Under the pieces are notes generated by a model. That model was not told the origin of the DNA, ran no database searches, and saw only the letters and a list, made by a program, of their open reading frames with translations. From Gammaproteobacteria bacterium (GTDB lineage Bacteria > Pseudomonadota > Gammaproteobacteria > Eutrophobiales > Eutrophobiaceae), in NCBI GenBank assembly GCA_965222155.1, contig CBDCTH010000004.1:448001-512000 (forward strand): a stretch of 64,000 bases of DNA, read 5' to 3'. Made by a program: the position numbers and the translations under genes. Below, piece after piece: positions 1-9,379 of this stretch; the stretch's first letter is position 1; each line of letters starts with the position of its first letter.

Positions 1-22
1 GGTGTCCTAAATTGATCTCTGG

Positions 23-1009
23 TTAGCAGTACTTGTTGTCCCGGAACCAGTCTATTGCGTCTTCTATGGCCTTGCGGGCGGGGCGGGGGTGGTAGTCGAG
101 GGTTTGTTTTGCCAGGGTGGAGGAGAAATACATGTGTTTTTTTGCCATGTTTACGCTGTCCACCGTTGTAAACGGTTCTTTTTTGCTGATCAGCGCCCAT
201 TTTTCGGCCAGCCAGGCGATGGGGTAGACGGCGTTGTGGGGTAGTCTCACTTTTGGGGGTGGCAGGTTTGCGTAGTCGCAGATGATACCCAGGATGGTTT
301 TCAGTGACATGTCTTCCCCGCCCAGGATGTAGCGGTTGCCCGGTTCGCCCCGGTCAAACGCCTGCAGGTGGCCTTTTGCCACGTCGTCTACGTGCGCTAT
401 GTTCAATCCTGTGTCCACGTAGGCCGGGATTTTCCTTTTCAACGTATCGACGATGATCCGGCCGGTGGGTGTCGGCTTGATGTCGCGCGGACCGATCGGT
501 GTGGACGGGTTGACGATGACGATGGGCAGCCCTTGTTCTTCGACCAGTTCCCGGACTGCCTGCTCGGCCAGGTATTTGGAGCGCTTGTAGTGGCCGACCA
601 TGTCTTCCAGGGTGACGGGCGTAGTTTCATCCGCGGGGCTGCGGTCCCGGTTGATGCCCAGAGTTGCCACGCTGCTGGTGTAGACCATTCTGCTGACGCC
701 TGCATCCGCGGCCTGCCGGAACAGGTCCCGGGTGCCGTCAACGTTGGTCCGGTACATGCTTGCCGGGTCGGGTATCCACAGGCGGTAGTCGGCGGCGACG
801 TGGAACAGGTAGTTGCATCCGCTGACGGCCCGTTGCAGCGAGGAGGTGTTGGTCAGGTCGCCTTCAACCAGGGTGACTGCCAGTTGTTCCAGGTTGCGCC
901 GGTCGCTGCCGGGCCTGACCAGGGCCTTCACCTCGTGGCCTTGTTGCAGCAGTTCCCGTACCAGCGCCGACCCGACGAAGCCGTTGGCGCCGGTAATCAG
1001 CGTGGTCAT
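23..1009 (-). CDS. hpnA: Hopanoid-associated NAD-dependent sugar epimerase/dehydratase
   Basis: GANGFVG Rossmann motif, FHVAADYRLW and YKRSK (YxxxK) typical of HpnA; hopanoid gene context. Confidence 0.88.
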   Translation of the reverse strand: MTTLITGANGFVGSALVRELLQQGHEVKALVRPGSDRRNLEQLAVTLVEGDLTNTSSLQRAVSGCNYLFHVAADYRLWIPDPASMYRTNVDGTRDLFRQAADAGVSRMVYTSSVATLGINRDRSPADETTPVTLEDMVGHYKRSKYLAEQAVRELVEEQGLPIVIVNPSTPIGPRDIKPTPTGRIIVDTLKRKIPAYVDTGLNIAHVDDVAKGHLQAFDRGEPGNRYILGGEDMSLKTILGIICDYANLPPPKVRLPHNAVYPIAWLAEKWALISKKEPFTTVDSVNMAKKHMYFSSTLAKQTLDYHPRPARKAIEDAIDWFRDNKYC

Positions 1010-1605
1010 TTACGGTTAAGCCTGAGGTAGTCGCGCAGGGTCCACAATGCAAACGCGGGCGCGCCGATTGCGGCCACGATGAGGAACGGTTGCAGCACAT
1101 CAAAAAACGTGATCAGCGGCAGCAGGTAGAAGACGTCTTCGATCTCGAACAGCCCGATATTGGGTTGATCGATTTGCTCTTTGCCCGCCATGTTGCTGAT
1201 CATCAGGCGCAACTGGAAAATGGCGGCCACCGACACGCCGGCGAATATCCCCATGGGTAGCGCCCAGGCGCCCAGGGGGCCGTGCATCAGGCAGATGCCT
1301 ATGCCTATGAAGAGCAGGATATCGACGACGGCGTCGCTGGCGAGGTCGTAGTAATGTCCGAACTTGCTCGTCTTGCCGGTGATCCTGGCCAGTTCTCCGT
1401 CGGTGTGGTCGAGGAAGTTGGAAAGGGCAAAGCACAGCGCGCCGGCGTTGACCAGGTTCGTCTCACCAGTGCTGATCAGTACGCAGGCGATTACGCCAGC
1501 AAGCAGTCGCGCCGTCGTAAGGTGGTTGGGCGTAATCGCAGAATCCCGCAAAGGATTAACAAGTCTGGCAGCCAGTCTGGCGTCAAGCGGTTTATTTTCC
1601 GGCAT
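1006..1605 (-). CDS. CDP-alcohol phosphatidyltransferase family membrane protein
   Basis: TPNHLT and DHTDGELAR..GKTSKFGHYYDLASD signature; 4-nt overlap with hpnA start. Confidence 0.9.
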   Translation of the reverse strand: MPENKPLDARLAARLVNPLRDSAITPNHLTTARLLAGVIACVLISTGETNLVNAGALCFALSNFLDHTDGELARITGKTSKFGHYYDLASDAVVDILLFIGIGICLMHGPLGAWALPMGIFAGVSVAAIFQLRLMISNMAGKEQIDQPNIGLFEIEDVFYLLPLITFFDVLQPFLIVAAIGAPAFALWTLRDYLRLNRK

Positions 1606-1684
1606 GGGGTTAATTCAGGGCTGCTTCCATAACCGTGCAAATTATATCGGCAAAATATACCTGTGCCACCCTTTTATTCTTCAT

Positions 1685-1985
1685 AGGTTAATTCAGGAAG
1701 GTTAATTCAGGACACCCATAAATTAGCAGGAGGTTAATCCAGGACACCCATCCATTAAGGACATTAATCTAGAAAAATTTGGGACACCAGAAAAATTTGG
1801 GACACCCATAAATTGATCGATAACCGAATTTTTATGGGTGTCCCAAATTGAGTCCAGAACATCAACCAATTTATGGGTGTCCCAAATTGAGTCCCATCAA
1901 TTCATGGGTGTCCCAAATTTACTTCCCAAATTTATGGGTGTCCTGAATTAAGAAGGTCGATTCAGGGGAGGTCAATTCAGAAATC
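1685..1985. repeat. Cluster of REP-like family A repeats (aatttatgggtgtcccaaatt) in both orientations
   Basis: About 9 copies of gggtgtcc/ggacaccc cores; same family at ~1-12, 5694-5786, 7815-8013, 9214-9352, 10734-10775. Confidence 0.85.
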
Positions 1986-2027
1986 AGACTGGATACCAGG
2001 TCAAGCCCGGCGTGACGGCAAAGACTG

Positions 2028-4700
2028 TCAGCGCGATCTGGCGACTACTGTGAGCAGGGCGGGCAGGACCAGCAGCATACATGCCAGGGTAACGCCGATG
2101 CCCAGGGTCAGCAACATTCCCATGCTGGCGGTGCCTGCGTGTGGAGACAGCGCGAGGTTACCGACGCCGCCCATGGTGGTCAGGGAGCTGACAACCACTG
2201 CACGAGCCGAACTGGTGGCCAGGATGCTTTTCCCGTCGGGCAGGTCGGTCCGGAACCGGTGGATGATATGGATGCCGCTGTCCACGCCTATCCCCAGCAA
2301 TAACGGCAGGGCGATCACGTTGGCGAAGTTGAGCGGGAGCCCGGCCAGCACGCTGATCCCGCCGGTTATCGCGGCTGCCATGAGCAGCGGGATCAACACC
2401 AGGAACACGTCTCTCTTACGGGTCAGGAGCACGTACAACATGAGCGTGATGGCGATAAACGCATACAGGAATGCCTGTTTGAATGCGGCAGCCACCGCGT
2501 CGCTGGCCTCCAGGTTATTGACCGGCGAACCGGTGACCTGGGGAGTGATGGACTGGATTTCACGGACGAACTGCCTTAATGCTGCGTTGTCCTGCATGTC
2601 CTGTTTCGGGTAGATCTCGATACGCTGCTGGCCGTCGGCGCTGAGCCAGAGTTGTTTCAGTTCGGCTGGCAGGTTTTCCAGGGAAATGTAATCGGCATTC
2701 AGGGACGCATTCAATGCTTCCAGGCGCCCGGGCAGGGAAGCCAGCAGAGACTGTTCCAGTTGCGCCAGTTTCTCCGCACCATTCCCGTCATCCCCGTCAT
2801 TCCCGCGATAGCGGGGATCCTCCCTGTCCCGCAGGGACGGGTCCAGTTCCGCAAGCAACCCGGCAAGGTTCACGCGCAACCTGGCCATGACCGGGTCGTC
2901 CGTCCCGTCTGCCTGCAATTTCTCTTGGAAAGCGCGCAGTGCGGCCAAGCGCGCGGCGGGACTTTGGGTCTCCGGATCCGGCTGAGCCGCGACCGATAAA
3001 TCGCCCAGCAGCAGGCTCATCTCATCGATGATATACAGTTTTTCATCCTGGTCCCCGGGTATGAAATCCGCTATCGAGACGACTTTATCGACCAGCTCCG
3101 AGCGGGCAAACTGGTCCCGGTAGCTGTCTGCCTGTGCCGCGTCGCCGGCGATCATGATCCCGGTCCAGGGGGTCAGGTCGTTATCCGCGAGCAATTGCCG
3201 GAAGGTCGTCAGCGCCGCGCCGTCCTGGTCGTGCAGGTTAAGCGTGTTGTGGTCGAAGCGGATGCCGCTGAGCAGCACGGCAGAGGCCAGCGCGAGCAAG
3301 GACGCACCGCCCAGGATCTTGCCGGGGTGGAGGTCAATCAGCCGGCATCCCCCGGCCGGTCGCTCCGGTCCGGGTTTGACCGGCAGCAGGGTCAGCAGCG
3401 CCGGTATCACCGTGAGGGTGACCGCAAAACTGATGAACATGCCGAAACCGGAAATCCAGCCGAGTTCCGCCACGCCCGTGTAGTCGGTGGGGATAAAGGC
3501 AAAAAAGCCGATGGCGGTGCTGGCCGCGCACAGGAATAACGAGCCGCCGACGTTGACCGAGGTCTGCTCCAGTGCGCGGCGCCGGTCTGCGCCGTCGATG
3601 AGATGTTCCCGGTAGCGCAGGCAGTAGTGGATCGCGAAATCGACTCCCAGGCCGATGTACAACACGGCGAATGCCACTGAAATCAGGTTCAGCTCGCCGA
3701 CCGTGAGGGTGGCGAAGGCTGCGGTGAACAGCAGGCCCGTGACCAGGCTGATCACGCTGACCAGGGCCAGCCTGGCGGAGCCCAGGCCGATCAGCATGAT
3801 GACCGTGACCAGGGCCAGGGCGAGGACGATGGCCGTTTTGGTGCCTTTCATTACGCTCAGCATTTCTTCGTGCGCCAGCACAGTGGCGCCGGTCAGCCGG
3901 ATCTGCGCGCCCGGGGATGTGGCAATGTTCAGGTCTTCATATACCTGGTGGATTTTGTCGATGGCGGGGGTCGCCGGAAAAAAACCGGCGTAATCCAGCT
4001 TCGGCTGCATCAGGATAAACTCGCGATAGGTGGACTTCTCCGCGCCGGCGCCGGGCAGGCCGGCGTCACCTGGGTTGTCGCCGGACATCAGTTCCTGCCA
4101 TGACATGCGCAATGGCCGGTTGTCTTGCAGCGCCTCTATAGCGGCGTTGATGCGGGTCAGGATGGGGTTGAGTTCTACATCTTCTCCATCTTCCCGGGCA
4201 TCGAGCGCTTCGGTCAGTACGCCAAACAACCCGTGCAGGGAGGGGTCGCGCGCCAGTTTTGCCAGGAATGGCTGGACCTCGGCGAGGTTGTCGGAAAGGT
4301 CCTGGAGTTCCTTCGTATCGAGATAGAGCAGGCCGGATTCCCGGAACACCGACAGGGCATTCGGGTAATACACGAACTCGAATAATGCCTGTTCCGGCTT
4401 CAGGCGCTCGTTGAGTAATGCGGCGGCGTCCCCGGCCTGGTCCGGCGTCGCGGCCTCTACGACGATGAGTATATTATTATCGTATTGCGGGAAGCGTTTT
4501 TCATACTCCTGATCCAGTTTGCGCCAGACAAGCTCCTCGGACAGCATGTCCTCGGTGTCGGTATTCATGCTGAGATTGTCCACGGTATAACGCATGGCAA
4601 AGAAGGCGAGGGCGAATACCACCACCAGAACCGCAACAGCGGTGCTACGGACGAAGCTGACCCATTTGAGCAGTAACAAGGAGGAGAACTGCTTTATCAT
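2028..4700 (-). CDS. hpnN: MMPL/RND hopanoid transporter HpnN
   Basis: 890 aa with two RND TM bundles (GLGVDFAIH; GIGVDSGIH) and QPFL..LA.DPSL.GL motif; hpn context. Confidence 0.9.
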   Translation of the reverse strand: MIKQFSSLLLLKWVSFVRSTAVAVLVVVFALAFFAMRYTVDNLSMNTDTEDMLSEELVWRKLDQEYEKRFPQYDNNILIVVEAATPDQAGDAAALLNERLKPEQALFEFVYYPNALSVFRESGLLYLDTKELQDLSDNLAEVQPFLAKLARDPSLHGLFGVLTEALDAREDGEDVELNPILTRINAAIEALQDNRPLRMSWQELMSGDNPGDAGLPGAGAEKSTYREFILMQPKLDYAGFFPATPAIDKIHQVYEDLNIATSPGAQIRLTGATVLAHEEMLSVMKGTKTAIVLALALVTVIMLIGLGSARLALVSVISLVTGLLFTAAFATLTVGELNLISVAFAVLYIGLGVDFAIHYCLRYREHLIDGADRRRALEQTSVNVGGSLFLCAASTAIGFFAFIPTDYTGVAELGWISGFGMFISFAVTLTVIPALLTLLPVKPGPERPAGGCRLIDLHPGKILGGASLLALASAVLLSGIRFDHNTLNLHDQDGAALTTFRQLLADNDLTPWTGIMIAGDAAQADSYRDQFARSELVDKVVSIADFIPGDQDEKLYIIDEMSLLLGDLSVAAQPDPETQSPAARLAALRAFQEKLQADGTDDPVMARLRVNLAGLLAELDPSLRDREDPRYRGNDGDDGNGAEKLAQLEQSLLASLPGRLEALNASLNADYISLENLPAELKQLWLSADGQQRIEIYPKQDMQDNAALRQFVREIQSITPQVTGSPVNNLEASDAVAAAFKQAFLYAFIAITLMLYVLLTRKRDVFLVLIPLLMAAAITGGISVLAGLPLNFANVIALPLLLGIGVDSGIHIIHRFRTDLPDGKSILATSSARAVVVSSLTTMGGVGNLALSPHAGTASMGMLLTLGIGVTLACMLLVLPALLTVVARSR

Positions 4701-4724
4701 CTTACAAAAACGCTGTCATCCCGT

Positions 4725-4810
4725 GATATTTGGGGTCAGAGTAAAAATACTCAGCAATAAACCATCGCAACTTACCGTGTTCTCCGTATTTTTACTCTGA
4801 CCCCAAATAT
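4725..4810. repeat. REP-like inverted repeat (atatttggggtcagagtaaaaa ... tttttactctgaccccaaatat)
   Basis: Long inverted arms; related copy at ~26181-26218. Confidence 0.75.
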
Positions 4811-4875
4811 CGCCGGGTCAAGCCCGGCATAACGACCAGGGCTCCTGCCGGCATGACGGTGGTGACAAGGATTCT

Positions 4876-5616
4876 TCAGACCCGGAATACGTATTCCTTA
4901 CCGGGTTCTCTCTCACAATCCGGTGGAAAGCTTTTACGTTTGTCGATGTAATACTGCCGTCTGTGGTCGCCTTCAGACAGTCTGTTATAGGTAACGTAAA
5001 GCACTCTCCTGGGATTATCGGTCAGGTTCTCTCTGGAGCGGTGCGGTGCGAAGGAATCGAAGAAGATCGTGTCGCCGGGTTCCGTGGGGATGGGGGCATA
5101 GTCCAGGGCGTCTTCTTCCAGGGGCGTCCACTTCTCGCCTATCAATCCCTGGGTATGCTGGCCCGGGGCCATTTCCATACAGCCGTTCTCTATATTGCAG
5201 GTATCGATGCTGACCAGGGCCGTGATATGCAGCCCGGCATAGGTATCCCACCCGGCCTGGACGTCCTGGTGAGCCTTGAAACCGGCGCCCCCCGGCAATT
5301 TGAAATTGATTTTGTCCTTGTATAACACGGACTCAGTACCGAACAGGCGCGTGCAGACGCCTTTTAATTTCCCACCGTTGAAGACACGGCTGAACTGGCC
5401 GTGGTACGGTTCGATGTCTTCTACGCGGCTCAGTATCCGTTCGCCGGTGAGGCAACTTTCCTCGAAGTATTTCATATATTTTCCAAGCTGTTCAGGATAC
5501 GCCATGACTTCGTCGGTCCAGCGGGTTAAGTCCGCTATTTCATGGGCGTCAAACAGCCCCCGGTAAACCAGGTACCCGTCGCGCTGAAATTCTTCAACCT
5601 GTTGTTCTGTGAGCAT
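4876..5616 (-). CDS. Fe(II)/2-oxoglutarate dioxygenase, PhyH family, PhnY (2-aminoethylphosphonate hydroxylase)-like
   Basis: KDKINFKLPGGAGFKAHQD (HxD), distal PHRS His and YY.DKRKSFPPD C-terminus resembling PhnY-type enzymes. Confidence 0.8.
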   Translation of the reverse strand: MLTEQQVEEFQRDGYLVYRGLFDAHEIADLTRWTDEVMAYPEQLGKYMKYFEESCLTGERILSRVEDIEPYHGQFSRVFNGGKLKGVCTRLFGTESVLYKDKINFKLPGGAGFKAHQDVQAGWDTYAGLHITALVSIDTCNIENGCMEMAPGQHTQGLIGEKWTPLEEDALDYAPIPTEPGDTIFFDSFAPHRSRENLTDNPRRVLYVTYNRLSEGDHRRQYYIDKRKSFPPDCEREPGKEYVFRV

Positions 5617-5863
5617 TATGTCGAGGTTTTTGCACTTAAAAATTTATACTTATAAACTAGTTCGACCATTTTGACAAGCCTGGGAAGGAGATCTGGGTGT
5701 CCTAAATTCACCCCTTTAATTAATGGGTGTCCCAAATTGTCAATTTATGGGTGTCCTAAATTCTTCCGTCCTAAATTCTTCCGTCGTCAAATCGGTGCAG
5801 GCTTACCCCTTGGGAAAGAGGACAGGTTTGAAATCTGTCTCCTGGTTTTAATCCTTTGTTTCT

Positions 5864-6604
5864 TCAACCGTTGTCAAGCAGTTCCCGTGCGACCAGTTTC
5901 ATGGTTTTCCCGGCCTGCCGGGAGGCGCTTGCCAGGCGCAATACGGCCGGGATTTGTCCGGGGGACGTGACCAGCCTGGCGCCCAGGGCCAGGCCGTCAA
6001 TCCGGCCGAATTCATCGACTTCGCGCAGGACGATTTCCGGCAGCGCCAGGTCCGCAGGATCCACAATGACCCGTGCGGCGTATCCCTGCAAGCCGCTTTC
6101 CTGTGCCGCCTCGAGTACCCCGGCGCTTTCCATATCCACCGCGATTGCCCCCGTCTGTCCAAACAGGCGCTGTTTGCGGGCGCTGCTTGTGACCGGCTCG
6201 TCCGCGCACGCCAGCGGGCCTGTATGGATGGGGATGTTTTGCCGGGATAGCCGTTGTATTGCCGGTGCGGGCAGTCCGGAGTTGACGACATGGCTGTCGG
6301 CCTGGTCCGGACCCGGTTGCGCCTGTGAGTCGGCCGTATTTGCCGCTACGATCGTTTGCGGCAATAGCAGGTCACCCGGCCTGAGCGCCGGAGACAGTGC
6401 GCCGGCGGTCCCGAAACTGACCAGGCAGTCCACGTTTTCTCCGATCAATTTGTGCGCCGCCTGTTTCGCCCTGTCCCGGCCCATGCCGGACACGATCAGG
6501 GATGTGCTCTCGTTGAGCCTGACGGGTTGTTGGGCAGGCAGTTTCCCCGGCATGAAGCTGGATGCTTCAAAATAGAGCGCGCAGACTATTCCGATACGGT
6601 TCAT
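5864..6604 (-). CDS. hpnG: Hopanoid-associated nucleoside phosphorylase
   Basis: SGMG, SFGTAGAL, AVDMES and RVIVD motifs of the PNP/MTA family; hpn context. Confidence 0.82.
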   Translation of the reverse strand: MNRIGIVCALYFEASSFMPGKLPAQQPVRLNESTSLIVSGMGRDRAKQAAHKLIGENVDCLVSFGTAGALSPALRPGDLLLPQTIVAANTADSQAQPGPDQADSHVVNSGLPAPAIQRLSRQNIPIHTGPLACADEPVTSSARKQRLFGQTGAIAVDMESAGVLEAAQESGLQGYAARVIVDPADLALPEIVLREVDEFGRIDGLALGARLVTSPGQIPAVLRLASASRQAGKTMKLVARELLDNG

Positions 6605-6739
6605 TAATTAACAGTGTAACAAAGGGTCGCCTCCGGCGACACGTTATCAGACTGGATGCCGGGACAAGTCCGGCATGACGACGGGTGTCGCGGTCGCCGT
6701 TCCGGCATGACGACGGGGGTGGGGCGGATCTGTTGATTG

Positions 6740-7762
6740 TCAGGCAGTGGGCAGGCCGGCGGCGAGTCTATTGAACAGCCATCGCAGCAGGAAATCCTGT
6801 CTGGTGAGCAGGTTCGTGGAGATAATTGTTGCCTTGACGGAGCGGCGGGTGATTTTGACTTCTTCGCCGGAGGTATAAGTGCGATGGCTGTTGATTTTGC
6901 GCAGTGTGAGTATCGCCATGCCCAGCGCCCATAAGCAGAAACGCCTGATCCCGACTTCGTGTCCAGGCAGCAACAGCGTGTAGGTTAATGCATTGTCCAG
7001 GTGTTTACGGGTGACACCGATCAGGTGACCCAGCGCCTGCTGGAATTCCTTTTCGTTTTGCAATGGCGATTCGCTGTTCAGATGTACTCCGTAGTTCTCC
7101 AGAACCGATTGCGGCAGCCAGCACATGTTGCGTTTTTGATCATCCCAGATATCCTTGAGAATATTCGTCATCTGCAGGCCCTGGCCGAAGGAGATCGCCA
7201 GTTGCATCAACTCATCGTAGTTCCGGTTGATGGCGCTGGAGTAATCGCAGAACAGCTCGGTCAGCATTTCGCCCACCACGCCTGCTACGTAATAACAGTA
7301 GCCGTCCATGTCCTGCTGGTCTTTCAAGCCGTTTGCCACGTTCACCTCCTGGTACCGGGTCATGCCGTCGGCCATGATGCTGATGCAGCGGTGCAATGCC
7401 GCCTGCTGGCGCTGGTTAAAGCTGTGGCTGATCCTGATGACCGCCGGGGTGTTCCGTATCAGGTCGCGTTCGCCGGCGGTTGCGGTGGGTGACAGGCGGG
7501 GATACAGGTCACTGGAAAACTGTTGCGCGTCCTCTGTACCGGCTACTACCTGGATAAACCGTTTCGAGAACTGCTGTTTATCTACGAGCGGAAGGTGTTT
7601 GTCGTCTTCTATGGTATCGGCAGTGCGGCATAGCAGGTAGGCGTTGCCGACCACCCGTTCCAGCGGCGCCGGCAGTTGCGGAATGGTCAAGGCAAATGTG
7701 CGGGAAACATCCTGGAGGATCCGGTCCTGGTAGACCAGGTCTGCTGTTGCCGGTGGCTTCAT
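6740..7762 (-). CDS. Squalene synthase (single-enzyme farnesyl-diphosphate farnesyltransferase type)
   Basis: VSRTFALTI, CRTADTIEDD, YCYYVAGVVG, GLQMTNILKD, RRFCLW, VKITR motifs. Confidence 0.85.
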   Translation of the reverse strand: MKPPATADLVYQDRILQDVSRTFALTIPQLPAPLERVVGNAYLLCRTADTIEDDKHLPLVDKQQFSKRFIQVVAGTEDAQQFSSDLYPRLSPTATAGERDLIRNTPAVIRISHSFNQRQQAALHRCISIMADGMTRYQEVNVANGLKDQQDMDGYCYYVAGVVGEMLTELFCDYSSAINRNYDELMQLAISFGQGLQMTNILKDIWDDQKRNMCWLPQSVLENYGVHLNSESPLQNEKEFQQALGHLIGVTRKHLDNALTYTLLLPGHEVGIRRFCLWALGMAILTLRKINSHRTYTSGEEVKITRRSVKATIISTNLLTRQDFLLRWLFNRLAAGLPTA

Positions 7763-8022
7763 TACGGCGTCAATATGCCAAGTATTGGGTTTGATGGCAA
7801 GCGTTTTGCCTTGTCCAATTCATGGGTGTCCTAAATTTTGCCTCCTGGATTTTCCTGGGGGGAGGTAATTTGGGAGGAGGTAATTTGGGACACCCATGAA
7901 TTTCGCGGGGAATATTGGGACATACATAACATTAATCTATGGGTGTCCCAAATTTGTCCTTAATCTATGGGTGTCCTGGATTTTCCTGCCAATCTATGGG
8001 TGTCCTGGAATTTTGTACCTGG

Positions 8023-9003
8023 TTAGCTGGTGGACTGGCGGTTGAAATAGCGGTGGCTTTCTACCTGTTGTAGTATGACGAGGCCGGCTGGGTCGAATAT
8101 CAGGTCGCGTATGCGCAGGGCGAGGGACAGGGCCAGTGAAAATTCGGGGCTGAAACCGACTAATGCGCCGATGATGATGAACGCGCCTTCCTGCACGCCG
8201 TAGGCGTTGGGGATCATGAACGCGAGATCGCTCAGGGCTGCCGTCAGGCTGCGCAGCAAAAACGCTTCGAATACGCTTATGGGTTGTCCCAGCAGGTAAC
8301 AGGCCAGCCATAGTTCGATTGTGTGTAGCGCCAGTGAGGCCAGCCGGTACAGCGCTGCGTTCAGGATGTTGAGTTTATTTCCGTATAATTCCCGTATCAC
8401 CTGGTCCACTTCGGTGGCGGAGAAGGTGACGTTTTCCCAGGTTTCATGTTTCACTAGTTTGCCGACGAGTTTTGCCATGCCGCCCAGTAAACCGAGACGC
8501 TGGACAATGACCATGCCAATGGCGCTGGCTACCAGGAAGACGATGCAGCCGACCGCGTACGGGACGATGCCGCTGTCACCGGGCAGGAACAATAACAGCA
8601 GCGCGCCGGTGAACGCCCAGCAAGCCAGCGCCATGGCCTGTACCGCCTTGTCCACCGTCACGGAAGCGGCCGCATCTACCCCGCTTGTGCCCCATATCGT
8701 AAGCAGTCGTGCCTTGGCGACTTCCCCGCCTATGGATGCGACCGGTAGCAGGTTATTTACTGCGCGTCCCATCCACAGCGCCAGCAGGCCGTGGCCGAAA
8801 GAGGGCTTGCAGCCGGGTTTGAACAACTGGCGCCAGCCCTGTGTTGCCGGCAGTAAAACCGGAAACCACACCAGGGGCAGCAACAGCAGATACCAGCCCG
8901 AGGCAAGTAAAAGCTGGAAAACGTCACGGAAACCCTGCCAGGCCAGCAGGCCGAGCAATAAAAATAACCCGGAAACAAATCCGATTTGTGTCAGAAGACG
9001 CAT
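8023..9003 (-). CDS. hpnL: HpnL / lysylphosphatidylglycerol-synthase TM (flippase-like) membrane protein
   Basis: VNNLLPVASIGGEV and IPNAYGVQEG motifs, multiple TM helices. Confidence 0.75.
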   Translation of the reverse strand: MRLLTQIGFVSGLFLLLGLLAWQGFRDVFQLLLASGWYLLLLPLVWFPVLLPATQGWRQLFKPGCKPSFGHGLLALWMGRAVNNLLPVASIGGEVAKARLLTIWGTSGVDAAASVTVDKAVQAMALACWAFTGALLLLFLPGDSGIVPYAVGCIVFLVASAIGMVIVQRLGLLGGMAKLVGKLVKHETWENVTFSATEVDQVIRELYGNKLNILNAALYRLASLALHTIELWLACYLLGQPISVFEAFLLRSLTAALSDLAFMIPNAYGVQEGAFIIIGALVGFSPEFSLALSLALRIRDLIFDPAGLVILQQVESHRYFNRQSTS

Positions 9004-9116
9004 GGGAAAATGGTACTCAATTCAGAAAGCTTTAGATATACCGGCCTGCTTGAATATTCCATTGGCAGGATGGCTGGTTTGCGTAATATATGCCTGCCAC
9101 CGGCATATATCAAGCA

Positions 9117-9212
9117 AATCAATAGGGTCAGACTCGATTGATTTAGCTCATTAGATACCTGCTTTCGCAGAAATGGCGGAAAATCAATCGAGTCTGACCT
9201 CATTGATTGACC
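9117..9212. repeat. REP-like family B doublet (ggggtcagactcgattgatt ... aatcaatcgagtctgacccc)
   Basis: Inverted ~22-bp arms around a shared spacer; near-identical copy at ~10997-11110, half copies at ~10716-10736 and in each unit of the 20.3-22.0 kb array. Confidence 0.85.
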
Positions 9213-9379
9213 CCATGGATTCTATCCAATTCATGGGTGTCCTAAATTATGATCCAATTCATGGTTGTCCCAAATTTGCCCTTGATCCCCTATCTAATTC
9301 ATGGGTGTCCCAAATTTGGCCTTCCCAAATTTGGCCTCCCAAATTTGGCCAGGAAATCAATCAAGACTGAACTCATTGA

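Noticed and set aside
5671-5970. ORFs made of GCPKF / WVSQI / NQSSLTP peptides (also 9173-9434)
   Set aside because: Translations of REP clusters
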